Source: Pseudomonadota bacterium
Lineage (GTDB): Bacteria > Bdellovibrionota_B > Oligoflexia > Oligoflexales > CAIMVM01
Length of the DNA stretch: 56,203 nt
Direction: 5' to 3'
NCBI GenBank assembly: GCA_037142195.1
Contig: JBAXBA010000014.1
Location: 1 to 56,203, forward strand
The stretch's first letter is position 1. Each line of letters opens with the position of its first letter. A model generated the notes under the pieces. It searched no databases and was not told where the DNA came from. It worked only from the letters and a program-made list of their open reading frames with translations. Shown one piece after another: positions 10,423 to 19,824 of this stretch. The position numbers were made by a program, and so were the translations under genes.

Positions 10423-10425
10423 GCG

Positions 10426-11553
10426 ATGATAACAAACCGATATTTAAGTGATTTTATAGCATCCGACTTAGACAAAAAGATCACACTACTATCAGGACCC
10501 CGGCAAAGCGGAAAAACGACCTTGTCAAAGGCACTTCCGTTTACATCAATGGAATATCTTAACTTCGATGAAGTAGGGCAGCGTAGACAGATCATCAGCA
10601 AAAATTGGTCACGTAAGGGCGATTTATTAATCTTCGACGAATTTCATAAAATGACAAAATGGAAGTCATGGATTAAAGGAATATATGATACTGAAGGAGT
10701 CCGCCCTCGAATATTGGTAACTGGATCTGCCAGGCTAGATGTTTTTAGAAAAGGCTGTGATTCCTTGGCTGGTAGGCATTTTCTTTATAGAATGCATCCG
10801 TTCACTGTCGCAGAGCTTCGCGGGATCGATCATCCCGAAGATGCTTTAGAGGGAATCATGTCACGTGGTGGATTTCCTGAACCCTATTTATCAAAATCCG
10901 AAATGGATTCAAAACGATGGAGAATGAGTCATCTAGATGTGATTCTCCGGCAAGATCTTCTTGACTTAGAGCAAGTTAAAAATATCGTAGGAGTAGAAAC
11001 CCTGATTGAACTTCTTGCAAATCGTGTTGGTTCCACGATTTCTTTTAGAAATTTGGCTCAAGATTTACAAGTTACACCACAAACTGTTCAGCGCTGGGTC
11101 CTTCTATTAGAAAGACTGTTTGTCATTTTTTTGGTCCGCCCCTATTCGAAAAACCTTGCTAGAGCTTTATTAAAAGAGCCTAAAATCTATTTTTACGATA
11201 CAGGACGGGTGAGCGAAGCAGGCGGCGCCAAACTTGAAAATGTCGTAGCCTGTGCTTTGCTAAAACGAGCCCATTTTTTAACCGATACGCAAGGTTCCAA
11301 ATGTGAATTATATTATTTGCGAGACAGGGAAAAAAGAGAGGTCGATTTTCTTACCACAAAAGATAATAAGCTTGAATTTATGGTTGAGGTAAAAACTTCA
11401 GATGACCAATTTTCACCTAGCCTTCGCTATTTTTCAGAAAGACTAACGCCTACAGCAACCATTCAATTGGTTCACAAGCTCGGTAGATCATCAAGCAACA
11501 AATTCGGCTCGGTACAGAATGCGGCTAGTTGGCTGGCTACTCTGGAAGCCTAA
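10426..11553 (+). CDS. AAA_14 ATPase / DUF4143 protein (copy 2)
   Basis: GPRQSGKT, IFDEFH, VTGSARL, SLAGR, GGFPEP, KIYFYDTG, REVDF...VEVK. Confidence 0.93.
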   Translation: MITNRYLSDFIASDLDKKITLLSGPRQSGKTTLSKALPFTSMEYLNFDEVGQRRQIISKNWSRKGDLLIFDEFHKMTKWKSWIKGIYDTEGVRPRILVTGSARLDVFRKGCDSLAGRHFLYRMHPFTVAELRGIDHPEDALEGIMSRGGFPEPYLSKSEMDSKRWRMSHLDVILRQDLLDLEQVKNIVGVETLIELLANRVGSTISFRNLAQDLQVTPQTVQRWVLLLERLFVIFLVRPYSKNLARALLKEPKIYFYDTGRVSEAGGAKLENVVACALLKRAHFLTDTQGSKCELYYLRDREKREVDFLTTKDNKLEFMVEVKTSDDQFSPSLRYFSERLTPTATIQLVHKLGRSSSNKFGSVQNAASWLATLEA

Positions 11554-11766
11554 GTTATTCCTTCGCCTACTCTAATTTCAATCTAAGCTGCAATGGGTGT
11601 GCAATAGGCGACACGAATCCCTCACCATGGACACATCTTCGTCCATATTGGGAACGATAGCCTTTGGTCCTAAGGCTGGTCAGAAAGTTACAAGGATCGG
11701 GTCCTGAAAAGACTATGTTAGCTGGATAAAGTAAAACCAAGATGCGTTTCCTATTTTAGCTAAAGC

Positions 11767-13875
11767 TCATTTCATTGAAGCTCCAGCAATGGACTTAAAC
11801 CTGGCTAGCCATTTAGAATGGCAGTCTATGAAAACCAGAGTCTCTGGATACCTCTCCAAATCGTAGAACTCTCGGCCTTCATACTGCTTTTGATTGGTTA
11901 AACAGAACCATTGGCCTTTGGGTAAATAGACTCTTCTTCCTCCCTCTGGAGTGAGATACGGCGCAACCATGACGTCTTTAGAACCTGCAAAAAATTGGTC
12001 GTCGATGGTCCAAGCGAAATCGTCTTTAGGAAAAGCTAGCCAAAGAGGTTGGATAAAGCTTTGACGATGGGAAACACAGGCTTTACCGCACTCGATGAAA
12101 TAGTCTTTGATGTTATTTCGAAAGGATACATCTTTTTTGACTTGCGTCAGGACACTCTCTCCAAACTCCCAAGGCTCTCTGGGTGAGGTTCCGTGCATAC
12201 GGGCGTGACTCCCCCAAAGTCCCACTTGAGTCCATCTCAAGTAAAGTTCTGGACTGGGCATGGGACCGTAGAATCCACCGATATCGTGGGACCAAAAAAG
12301 AGCACCCCCAGCTGCTTGGGAGAGGCCCCCTCGCAAAGATGCTCTTAAGGCAGACCAAGAGGTTTGGCTATCACCTGCCCACTTCACGGGAGTTTGAGCC
12401 ATTTTCGTGTAGCCAGACCGAGCCCAAAGAATTCCTTGGTCCCCGCACTCTTCTTCTAATACTTCCATAACACATAGGTTATAAAGATCGGAGTAGACGT
12501 TTCGGAGCTGTTTTCCCGTAGAGCCATCAGAAAAGACTGCATCAAAGGGAATCTCTTCTCCGAAATCCGTTTTAAAACAAGTCACACCTGCTCTTAAGTA
12601 GGGCCGGTGCATATCCTTCCACCAAGTTCTGGCAGAAGGATTTGTAAAGTCTACCAAGCCCGCAATCGGAGGTTGGGGAAAGCCTTCTAGTCCTGTAGGA
12701 ACCCATTGATAAGGATAGACTTTGCCTGAAGAGTCTTTCGCAAAATAACCAAGCTTCACACCTTCCTGATAGACCGTTTCCGTTGCAGAAGAGACATAGG
12801 GATTTTCCCAAAGACACACATGAAAGCCTTGTTGTCTTAACCAGGGAATAAACTCTTTAAACGGACTCCAGCGAGATTCATCCCAGACAAAATCGGTTCT
12901 AGTAGTAGCTCGCATCCAAGCCCTGGCATCTAAATTAATGACCGAAGCACCGAGGCCCAGCTCTTTATTTTTAGCAATGATCTCTCTCACTTCATGTTCA
13001 TCTTTATAGAAACAGCGGGAAAGCCACAAGCCATACGACCAATCTGGAACACCTCGGATAGCTCCCATAAGATCTCGCCAGTGGACGATGGCATCACTTG
13101 CAGTAGGAGCTCGTGCAAGATAGAGACCGAGGGCCGGCCCATCGCTAGAAAAAGTAGAAATACCATGACGGGTCGAGCCGAAATCGATGCGTCCAGGTTC
13201 AGAAGCGAGCATCGCCAGGGACTGTCCACCCTCGGTCACAAAGAAAGGTGTGCTTTGATAGCGGAGGTGTCCATTGACTCCAAGAGCGTCAGTGTTCATG
13301 ACATCGTAAACACGGCCTTGTAGGTTTATGGAACCAAACTGCTCACCACCGCCTACGATGTGTTTTGTAGTTCCCATATCCAAACTGATTCCAAAACCAT
13401 CCTTATGGCGAAAGATTCCATAGTTCATCGGCACATCACCGACCAGAAGATCTGGGCCTACGGTAGTCCAAATGGGAATATCTCGGGAATCTAGGATCTG
13501 AAAGGAACCATCCTTTTTAGAAATGGTGAGCTGTCCCTGAGATGATTTTAAAAGATAAGAGGACTCCTGCTCCGTGAGGGTGAGAGTTTCCGTATTTTCA
13601 TGGCGCAAAAGATCATGATCTCTTGGGGCATCTCCTATCCAGATCACCCAGGCTTTGCTATGAGAAGACAAAAAACCCCATTTTAATAGAGCTCTCGATT
13701 GGTCCTTGAAAACCAGTTCAAAGGTTTCGTAGGAAGGCGATAGAGTGGATTTTTTATGGGTGCAACTTAGAACGGGCGTCTTGCCGGGTGCTCCTCTGGC
13801 GCGGGCTGTAAGAGAAGCCCATTCCGGGACAAGAGGAACGAGAACATCGGAAGCGTAATCATCACGAATGCGCAT
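11767..13875 (-). CDS. GH31 glycoside hydrolase, YicI/alpha-xylosidase-type motifs; candidate non-canonical sulfoquinovosidase
   Basis: VDFTNP, CFKTDFGE nucleophile, WAGD acid/base, FWSHDIGGF, ELYLRW, RMHG..PREPW. Confidence 0.9.
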   Translation of the reverse strand: MRIRDDYASDVLVPLVPEWASLTARARGAPGKTPVLSCTHKKSTLSPSYETFELVFKDQSRALLKWGFLSSHSKAWVIWIGDAPRDHDLLRHENTETLTLTEQESSYLLKSSQGQLTISKKDGSFQILDSRDIPIWTTVGPDLLVGDVPMNYGIFRHKDGFGISLDMGTTKHIVGGGEQFGSINLQGRVYDVMNTDALGVNGHLRYQSTPFFVTEGGQSLAMLASEPGRIDFGSTRHGISTFSSDGPALGLYLARAPTASDAIVHWRDLMGAIRGVPDWSYGLWLSRCFYKDEHEVREIIAKNKELGLGASVINLDARAWMRATTRTDFVWDESRWSPFKEFIPWLRQQGFHVCLWENPYVSSATETVYQEGVKLGYFAKDSSGKVYPYQWVPTGLEGFPQPPIAGLVDFTNPSARTWWKDMHRPYLRAGVTCFKTDFGEEIPFDAVFSDGSTGKQLRNVYSDLYNLCVMEVLEEECGDQGILWARSGYTKMAQTPVKWAGDSQTSWSALRASLRGGLSQAAGGALFWSHDIGGFYGPMPSPELYLRWTQVGLWGSHARMHGTSPREPWEFGESVLTQVKKDVSFRNNIKDYFIECGKACVSHRQSFIQPLWLAFPKDDFAWTIDDQFFAGSKDVMVAPYLTPEGGRRVYLPKGQWFCLTNQKQYEGREFYDLERYPETLVFIDCHSKWLARFKSIAGASMK

Positions 13876-13876
13876 A

Positions 13877-14716
13877 CTAAACTCCTTTTACCGCCCCCGC
13901 CTGGGGGGTGTGGGTCATGTGTTGGTGTAGTTTGAAAGACAGAGCAAAAACAGGAAGCAGGAGAACACAGGCACCGGCACAAAGGGGCCCCCATTCGGTA
14001 CCAAAGCCGGTAATGTAGCCGTTTAAAGTAAGGGGAGCCGTCTTCACCTTAGAGCCCGCGAGTACCAAGGCGAAAAGAAAGTCGTTCCAGCTCATCAGAA
14101 ACGAAAATAAAGCAGAAATCACGAGTCCAGAACGCACTAAAGGCAGCGTCACATGAAAAAAAATCTCTTTTATGGTTGATCCTTCTAGGGCAGCTGCCTC
14201 TTCCAGAGCTTTGGGTACGGCATCCATAAAAGGCATCAGCATCCAAGTAACCATGGGGAAATTGAGAGCGGTATGGGCTAGAATAAGGCCTAAAAGCGAG
14301 TCATGAAGATTGAGAGATCTAAACACCATAAATAAGGGAAGAACTAACGCAACGGGTGGAAGCAGCCTAGAAATGAGAAGAGTCGTCACAAGGTTTTTCT
14401 TAAGTCGGGAGTTAGATCTGGTGAGGGCAAAGGCCATCAAAGCTCCGGAGCTCACAGCCAGAAGCATCGTCGCCGTCGCAATAACCAAGGAATGGAGAAG
14501 ATCAGACCCCAGAGTCTGCTCCATAAATATCTTGTAAAAGTTAGCCAAGGTCCAACCTCCCCCGGAAAACACTCCGAACTCGAGGAGGCTGCGGGAGGTC
14601 TTTAGGGAAGTTTGTATGATGATAAAAATAGGTGCTATTTGAAAGATCACTAGAGTTAAAAAAACTAGTTTAAAAAGAAGCGCCCAAGGGGAAAACCGAG
14701 CTGTATTTCCAGTCAT
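13877..14716 (-). CDS. Carbohydrate ABC transporter permease (MalG-like)
   Basis: EAA loop LEEAAALEG, WNDFLFAL, multiple TM segments. Confidence 0.93.
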   Translation of the reverse strand: MTGNTARFSPWALLFKLVFLTLVIFQIAPIFIIIQTSLKTSRSLLEFGVFSGGGWTLANFYKIFMEQTLGSDLLHSLVIATATMLLAVSSGALMAFALTRSNSRLKKNLVTTLLISRLLPPVALVLPLFMVFRSLNLHDSLLGLILAHTALNFPMVTWMLMPFMDAVPKALEEAAALEGSTIKEIFFHVTLPLVRSGLVISALFSFLMSWNDFLFALVLAGSKVKTAPLTLNGYITGFGTEWGPLCAGACVLLLPVFALSFKLHQHMTHTPQAGAVKGV

Positions 14717-15600
14717 AAATCCCCCGTGGACTTAGAACGGTTTTGGTATTTTGTAACAGAAAACGCCAGTCCCGCCCCAAGAAAAAGCAATAGGATGGAG
14801 GAGGCCGAGGCTTCCCCAATTTGAAAGAAATGAAAGGCTTGCCGCACGACAAAAATGGAAAGAAGTGTGGTAGAGTCTCCCGGCCCGCCTCCTGTCATCA
14901 CGTAGATTTCCGTAAAGGCCTTTAAGGATTCGGTGACTTTTAAACCACAGGCTACGATAAGAGTTGGCCTTAAGGCTGGAAGAATCACGTGATAGATGAT
15001 TTGAAACGTACTGGCCCCATCGATTTTAGCGGCTTCTTGACCCACTTTGGATTGGGCTTTAAGGCCTCCATAAATGATCAAAAACACAAACGTCCACATA
15101 CGCCAGACATCCTGCACGACGATTGCCCAAAAAGCCCAAAAAGGGTCTGCCAAAAGAGAGATGGGCTCCCATCCTAAGCTATCAAAAATTTCTGAAAAAG
15201 GTCCGTTATTCGGGTCAAATATATAGCGGAACGTCAATCCTGAAACTACCGGCAATACAAACATGGGAAGAATAAGTAGAACTTCCAGAATCCGGTAAAC
15301 GGGCTTATGAAAATAAAGATATAAGGCCACGCCAAGACCAATGATCATCTCTAAAAAAGTCGTCACAGTGGTAAAGCTTGCGGCAAGTTTTAAGGAATTC
15401 CAAAACGCTGGTTTGGAAAGCAATGCTTCAAAGTTCTGTAACCCGACAAAAACTCGCCCCCCAGACCCACCGTGGGGTGCCCCATCACTAAGTGCTGTCA
15501 TCAGTCCTTCACCAATAGGCCAGGCCAGAAGAAAAAGCATGAGAGCTAAGCCAGGGACTACAAAAAACCAAATGGATTTGGAAGAGTGCTGGGTGATCAT
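14713..15600 (-). CDS. Carbohydrate ABC transporter permease (MalF-like)
   Basis: FVGLQNF, EAAKIDGAS, MTGGGPG; ATGA-type overlap with the next gene. Confidence 0.93.
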   Translation of the reverse strand: MITQHSSKSIWFFVVPGLALMLFLLAWPIGEGLMTALSDGAPHGGSGGRVFVGLQNFEALLSKPAFWNSLKLAASFTTVTTFLEMIIGLGVALYLYFHKPVYRILEVLLILPMFVLPVVSGLTFRYIFDPNNGPFSEIFDSLGWEPISLLADPFWAFWAIVVQDVWRMWTFVFLIIYGGLKAQSKVGQEAAKIDGASTFQIIYHVILPALRPTLIVACGLKVTESLKAFTEIYVMTGGGPGDSTTLLSIFVVRQAFHFFQIGEASASSILLLFLGAGLAFSVTKYQNRSKSTGDL

Positions 15601-16977
15601 TTATTTCACCTTCTTTTGAGGTGTGGTTTCCCCTGTCGCACCTGAAGCATCAGGGGATAGTTTCGAACGTTCCTCTTTGAGATTTAAAGTCCCCGAAGGA
15701 ACGGGAGCAGCGATGCCCTCTAAGCGAGTGTAGGCCGTGATGAGCTGCTCTGAGGCTCCTAAGGTGTCCTCCTGACCTGCAATCCATCTTGTAAAGACCT
15801 TACTGAGATCACTAGATATACTGCGGTAGTCTCTATGCCTAGGCCTTAAAAAAGCGGTTTCGAAATTAAGATGGGTAGCCTTGAGCCAAGGGAATTTTTG
15901 AGCCAGCGTGGGTTCCGCTAAAAGATCACGCCTGGGGCTGCTGAGCCCTAGAGAAATGAGTTTTTCACCTAGAGCTCTCGAAGTCCACCACCTGACGAAA
16001 TCAGCTGCATGCTCCGCATCAAGGGAGCCACGCCTAACCCCTGCGATCCAAGATCCCGCAATACTCGTTTTAGAGCTTCCAGGAGAAGGTGCATAGCCGG
16101 TTTTACCTGAAACCAGAGATTTATCTTCATCTTCAAGATCAAAGAAAAAGCTGTTCCAAGTGACCATTTGTGCAATTTTACCTTTGGCATAGGCGGTCAT
16201 ACGTTCGGTATGGTGCCAAGACTTCGCGGACTTCGGCGCCGTCTTTAAAAGATTCCCATAAAAATTCAATGCCTCTGCGATAGTATTTCGGTTGGGAACC
16301 CCATGACCGGGAGTGATCCCAAAGCCTGAGAATAGCCAAAGCAGTTCGACAGTAGTCCCTTCGGACATCTTCGTGAAGGGAGCAAAACCATAGAGTTTTG
16401 GTGGTCGATGGAAAAACCGAGCTAATTCTAAAATCTCTGGGAATGTTTTTGCGGGTGCTAACGCTTTACCGTATTGCCTCAGATAGTTTTCTTTCTCTAA
16501 GGGCGATTCAAAGAGATCTTTCCGGTAAATGTATTGATACACATTACCATTGATGGGAAGCCCCATCAAAATGCCGTCCACCGAGGCAGCTTCTAAGCTC
16601 GCATCTTCAAAATTTTTGGCGTCCCATTTCCCTGCACTTTGGGGCCACTCTTTAACGGGAAGTAGAGACGAAGCAAATTGGGGCACAAAAGGCTCATCCA
16701 TGGCATAGACATCATAAGTGCCACCGGCTGCCAAATCAGTCATCATTTTTGTGGCCATGGACTCAGCGGGAATGTCATCCATTTGCACAGCAATCCCGTA
16801 TGTTTTTTCAAAATCCGGCAGACTCTCCCTTAGGGCCGCAGATTGTCGGTCCCTAAAGGTCAGAATGCGAAGTGATGGCGCAGCTGTCTTGGTGCAAGAC
16901 CAAAAGCCAAGGCCTGCCCCAAGACCTAAACCTAGAATTTTGATCCAGGGTCCGCTCCCACGATTTCTAGGCGACAT
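15601..16977 (-). CDS. Sugar ABC transporter substrate-binding lipoprotein
   Basis: Signal peptide ending GFWSC; GLP...YRKDLF, GSW and RP...Y motifs of carbohydrate SBPs. Confidence 0.88.
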   Translation of the reverse strand: MSPRNRGSGPWIKILGLGLGAGLGFWSCTKTAAPSLRILTFRDRQSAALRESLPDFEKTYGIAVQMDDIPAESMATKMMTDLAAGGTYDVYAMDEPFVPQFASSLLPVKEWPQSAGKWDAKNFEDASLEAASVDGILMGLPINGNVYQYIYRKDLFESPLEKENYLRQYGKALAPAKTFPEILELARFFHRPPKLYGFAPFTKMSEGTTVELLWLFSGFGITPGHGVPNRNTIAEALNFYGNLLKTAPKSAKSWHHTERMTAYAKGKIAQMVTWNSFFFDLEDEDKSLVSGKTGYAPSPGSSKTSIAGSWIAGVRRGSLDAEHAADFVRWWTSRALGEKLISLGLSSPRRDLLAEPTLAQKFPWLKATHLNFETAFLRPRHRDYRSISSDLSKVFTRWIAGQEDTLGASEQLITAYTRLEGIAAPVPSGTLNLKEERSKLSPDASGATGETTPQKKVK

Positions 16978-17908
16978 CGTGCCCTACCGCAGCCTTAAGG
17001 ATCTGGTACCAGTCATCACGTTCCAAATGGATGTCGAGGGCAGCGATGGCCGCTTCGATACGATTGGTTTTACCGGTACCTAGAACAGGAAAGATCTTAG
17101 CGGGATGTTTCAGCAACCAAGCGAAAGCAATGGTTTCAAACGAAGGCACCTTGTATTTTGCGGCCATCACCATCAACGTTTCTCGAAGTTTTTGTGTTCG
17201 TGCATCTGTTTGGACAAAAAGGCGTCCTCCCGCTAAGGGAGACCATCCCATAGGGATCATGCCCATCTCTTGGCATTGATCGAGCTGCCCATTGTAAAAC
17301 GACTCGGTTTGCAAAAGAGACACCTCGATTTGATTGGAAATCAAAGGATCGCTCATTTTAGACTGAAGCAGGGGGACTTGACTCGGCATAAAGTTAGACA
17401 CCCCAAAGCTCAAAACCTTACCTTGCTTCTTAAGAGTGCTAAAGGCGCCAGCTAGTTCATCTGCATCCATCAAAGGATCTGGGCGGTGGATTAGAAGTGC
17501 ATCGAGGTAGTCTGTTTTTAGCATTTTTAGAGAGTTCTCAACTGAAGAGATCACATGCGCTGCCGTAGTATCATAGGATTTAAGGCCATGACTTGGACGC
17601 ATCTTAGAATGAAGTTTGATTCCACACTTACTGATAAGCTGGATGCGATCTCTCGCGATACTATGAAAGGAACTCGCTCGCCCAAACATCTCTTCACATT
17701 GATAGTCGCCATAAATATCAGCGTGATCAAAAGTCGTGATACCATGTTCCATGGCAGCAGATATTTTCTTGGCGACGGCCTCAGGATTTGCCTCATCGGG
17801 GAGATCGCATAACCGCCAGGCACCAAAAATAAATCTTGAAAACTTAGGGCTTGATTTGGATTGGGAACTTGGTTTGGAATCTGTAACTGATGGGATAGTG
17901 GGATTCAT
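16967..17908 (-). CDS. smoB: Aldo-keto reductase; probable 6-oxo-glucose reductase (SmoB/SquF-like)
   Basis: [68 protein letters not shown]; overlaps the monooxygenase stop; resemblance to Agrobacterium SmoB from recall. Confidence 0.75.
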   Translation of the reverse strand: MNPTIPSVTDSKPSSQSKSSPKFSRFIFGAWRLCDLPDEANPEAVAKKISAAMEHGITTFDHADIYGDYQCEEMFGRASSFHSIARDRIQLISKCGIKLHSKMRPSHGLKSYDTTAAHVISSVENSLKMLKTDYLDALLIHRPDPLMDADELAGAFSTLKKQGKVLSFGVSNFMPSQVPLLQSKMSDPLISNQIEVSLLQTESFYNGQLDQCQEMGMIPMGWSPLAGGRLFVQTDARTQKLRETLMVMAAKYKVPSFETIAFAWLLKHPAKIFPVLGTGKTNRIEAAIAALDIHLERDDWYQILKAAVGHDVA

Positions 17909-19122
17909 ACGCGAACTCCTGCGCCTAGGGGTGAAAGGGGTAGATCATGGGGAATCCTTCCCTGCATTTGAGCGAGCTTTCCGGTTTTAAATCTGGGAAG
18001 AATATACTTTCCGACTAGCTGGCATTCGTCAAAATGGGGATATCCTGAAAACACAAAAGAGCGGATGCCCATATCTATATAGCGATTCATTTTGGCAACA
18101 ATTTGATCCGGCGTTCCCACAAGAGCACAGCCACAACCTGAACGTGCTCTGCCCACACCCGTCCACAAAATTTCTTCTGCATAACCCTCATCATCAGACA
18201 TCGCGCGCATTTCGGCCTGCTTTGAAACAGCAAAAGAATGGACATCAAGGGCTCGCGATCGAATTTCATCGCCTTTTTTATCATCTAGTTTCGAAACCAA
18301 AAGTCGCGCTGCAGCTCGAGCCTCGTTTTCCGTCTCTCGCACAATCAAATGAATGCGTAGGCCAAAATCTATTTTTCTGCCGTAGGCTTTCGATCTCAGA
18401 GTCATTTCTTTCATGTGGGCGATCAGTTTATCTTCAGTTTCTGGCCACATGAGAAATACATCACATTGTTCTGCACAAAGATCTAAGGCGTCCGGTGACA
18501 AACCACCAAAATAAAGAAGGGGGCCGCCATTCTGTTGATAGGGCTTACTGGGGGCTGCTGAAATATGTAGCTTATAAAACTCCCCTTCAAAATCGATATG
18601 ATCACGAGTCCAAGCTTGTCTTAAAATATTGCAAACTTCTTTAGATTTTCGGTATCTCAACTTCGAATCTAAAGTCTCCCCAGGAAGATCTGAGGATATA
18701 ATATTGACGGTAAGCTTTCCAGAAAGCATATGGTCCAGGGTCGCTAAGGTTCGAGCTAACATTGCTGGATGAACCTCACCGCAGCGAATGGCCGTCAGCA
18801 GACTCATCTGGCTAAGCCCTGGCGCCAAAGCCGCAGCAAAACTTAGAGTGTCCTGTCCCACTTGATAGCTACTCGGACAGAGCATATTATTAAATCCCTG
18901 TTTTTGAGCCTCTAAGGCAATCTTTGACGTGTGGCTCCAAGAACTCCTAAGCGCTCCATCAGGAACTCCTAGGAACTGAAAGTCATCCGAACAAATGGGA
19001 GCAAACCAACTGATTTCGATGGTTTCTTTGCTTTGGGTGCGAGGTTCAATACCGTCACCCAATCCTAAAGAGTTACCAGACTTTGAGACGTCATTTGAGT
19101 AGTAGGGAGGTGAAGGTGACAA
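17905..19122 (-). CDS. smoC: LLM-class flavin-dependent monooxygenase; probable sulfoquinovose monooxygenase (SmoC/SquD-like)
   Basis: [77 protein letters not shown], which match recalled Agrobacterium SmoC; TTG start with AGGAG RBS (19131-19135). Confidence 0.82.
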   Translation of the reverse strand: MSPSPPYYSNDVSKSGNSLGLGDGIEPRTQSKETIEISWFAPICSDDFQFLGVPDGALRSSWSHTSKIALEAQKQGFNNMLCPSSYQVGQDTLSFAAALAPGLSQMSLLTAIRCGEVHPAMLARTLATLDHMLSGKLTVNIISSDLPGETLDSKLRYRKSKEVCNILRQAWTRDHIDFEGEFYKLHISAAPSKPYQQNGGPLLYFGGLSPDALDLCAEQCDVFLMWPETEDKLIAHMKEMTLRSKAYGRKIDFGLRIHLIVRETENEARAAARLLVSKLDDKKGDEIRSRALDVHSFAVSKQAEMRAMSDDEGYAEEILWTGVGRARSGCGCALVGTPDQIVAKMNRYIDMGIRSFVFSGYPHFDECQLVGKYILPRFKTGKLAQMQGRIPHDLPLSPLGAGVRV

Positions 19123-19824
19123 AGTGTCGACTCCTTAAACTGAAAGAGTTCATAAAGGGAAAACATAATTTCCATTATAATTCATCGGGATTTCAAGTTC
19201 ATCTATAAAAAGTCCCTTATGAGGGCCGAAGCAGGCGAACCTCCTAAAATCGCCTTCAGATTCCCATCCTAGACTCTTAAACCATCTGTGATCAGATTCA
19301 TGTAGAAACTCTCTAGGAAAGCAGGAAGAGAGCCTATACAATGGTTAAGAAAAGCAGTCCTAAATACTTATTTTCTACAATACGGTCGCTGATCCGTAGG
19401 TTCAAAAGTCTGAATTTGAAAAACCACTAATACTCATGCAAGAAATGTGGCAAATTTAGGGTCAGATTTCCTCAAACAAGAATCCTAGGACATCCTCAAA
19501 GCCCCAATGAGATTTCATAAAAAACTAAAACAAGAGTCACTTGTAGAAAATTTCTTAAGCCAAAGCCTTGCCTGCCTCTCCGTCTTTTAACAAAGCCACG
19601 TTAATGAATAGGAATGGAAATGCTCCTCAGTGCCAAACCCTAGAAGGAGGCAGGTCCATTTGCGAAACCCTCACGGAACTTCGAAAGGGAGTTTGAAAGA
19701 GCTTACTAGAGACCCCACACAAGGCTGTAACCTTCTAATATTTATTGCTTATATCATTGCGAATTAAAGACCTGTCTGAACTTCTCCGAAAGCCAAGTTA
19801 GTAGATATTCCTTTGGGGAAACTT

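Noticed and set aside
17905..19122. Generic alkanesulfonate monooxygenase SsuD
   Set aside because: Motifs and context (AKR, sugar ABC, GH31; no ssuABCE) fit SmoC better
19620..19735. c-di-GMP-I riboswitch (GAAA-containing hairpins upstream of the REC-TPR gene)
   Set aside because: Lacks the GGCAAAC...GAAA...GGACGCAAAGC consensus; a covariance-model search would be needed
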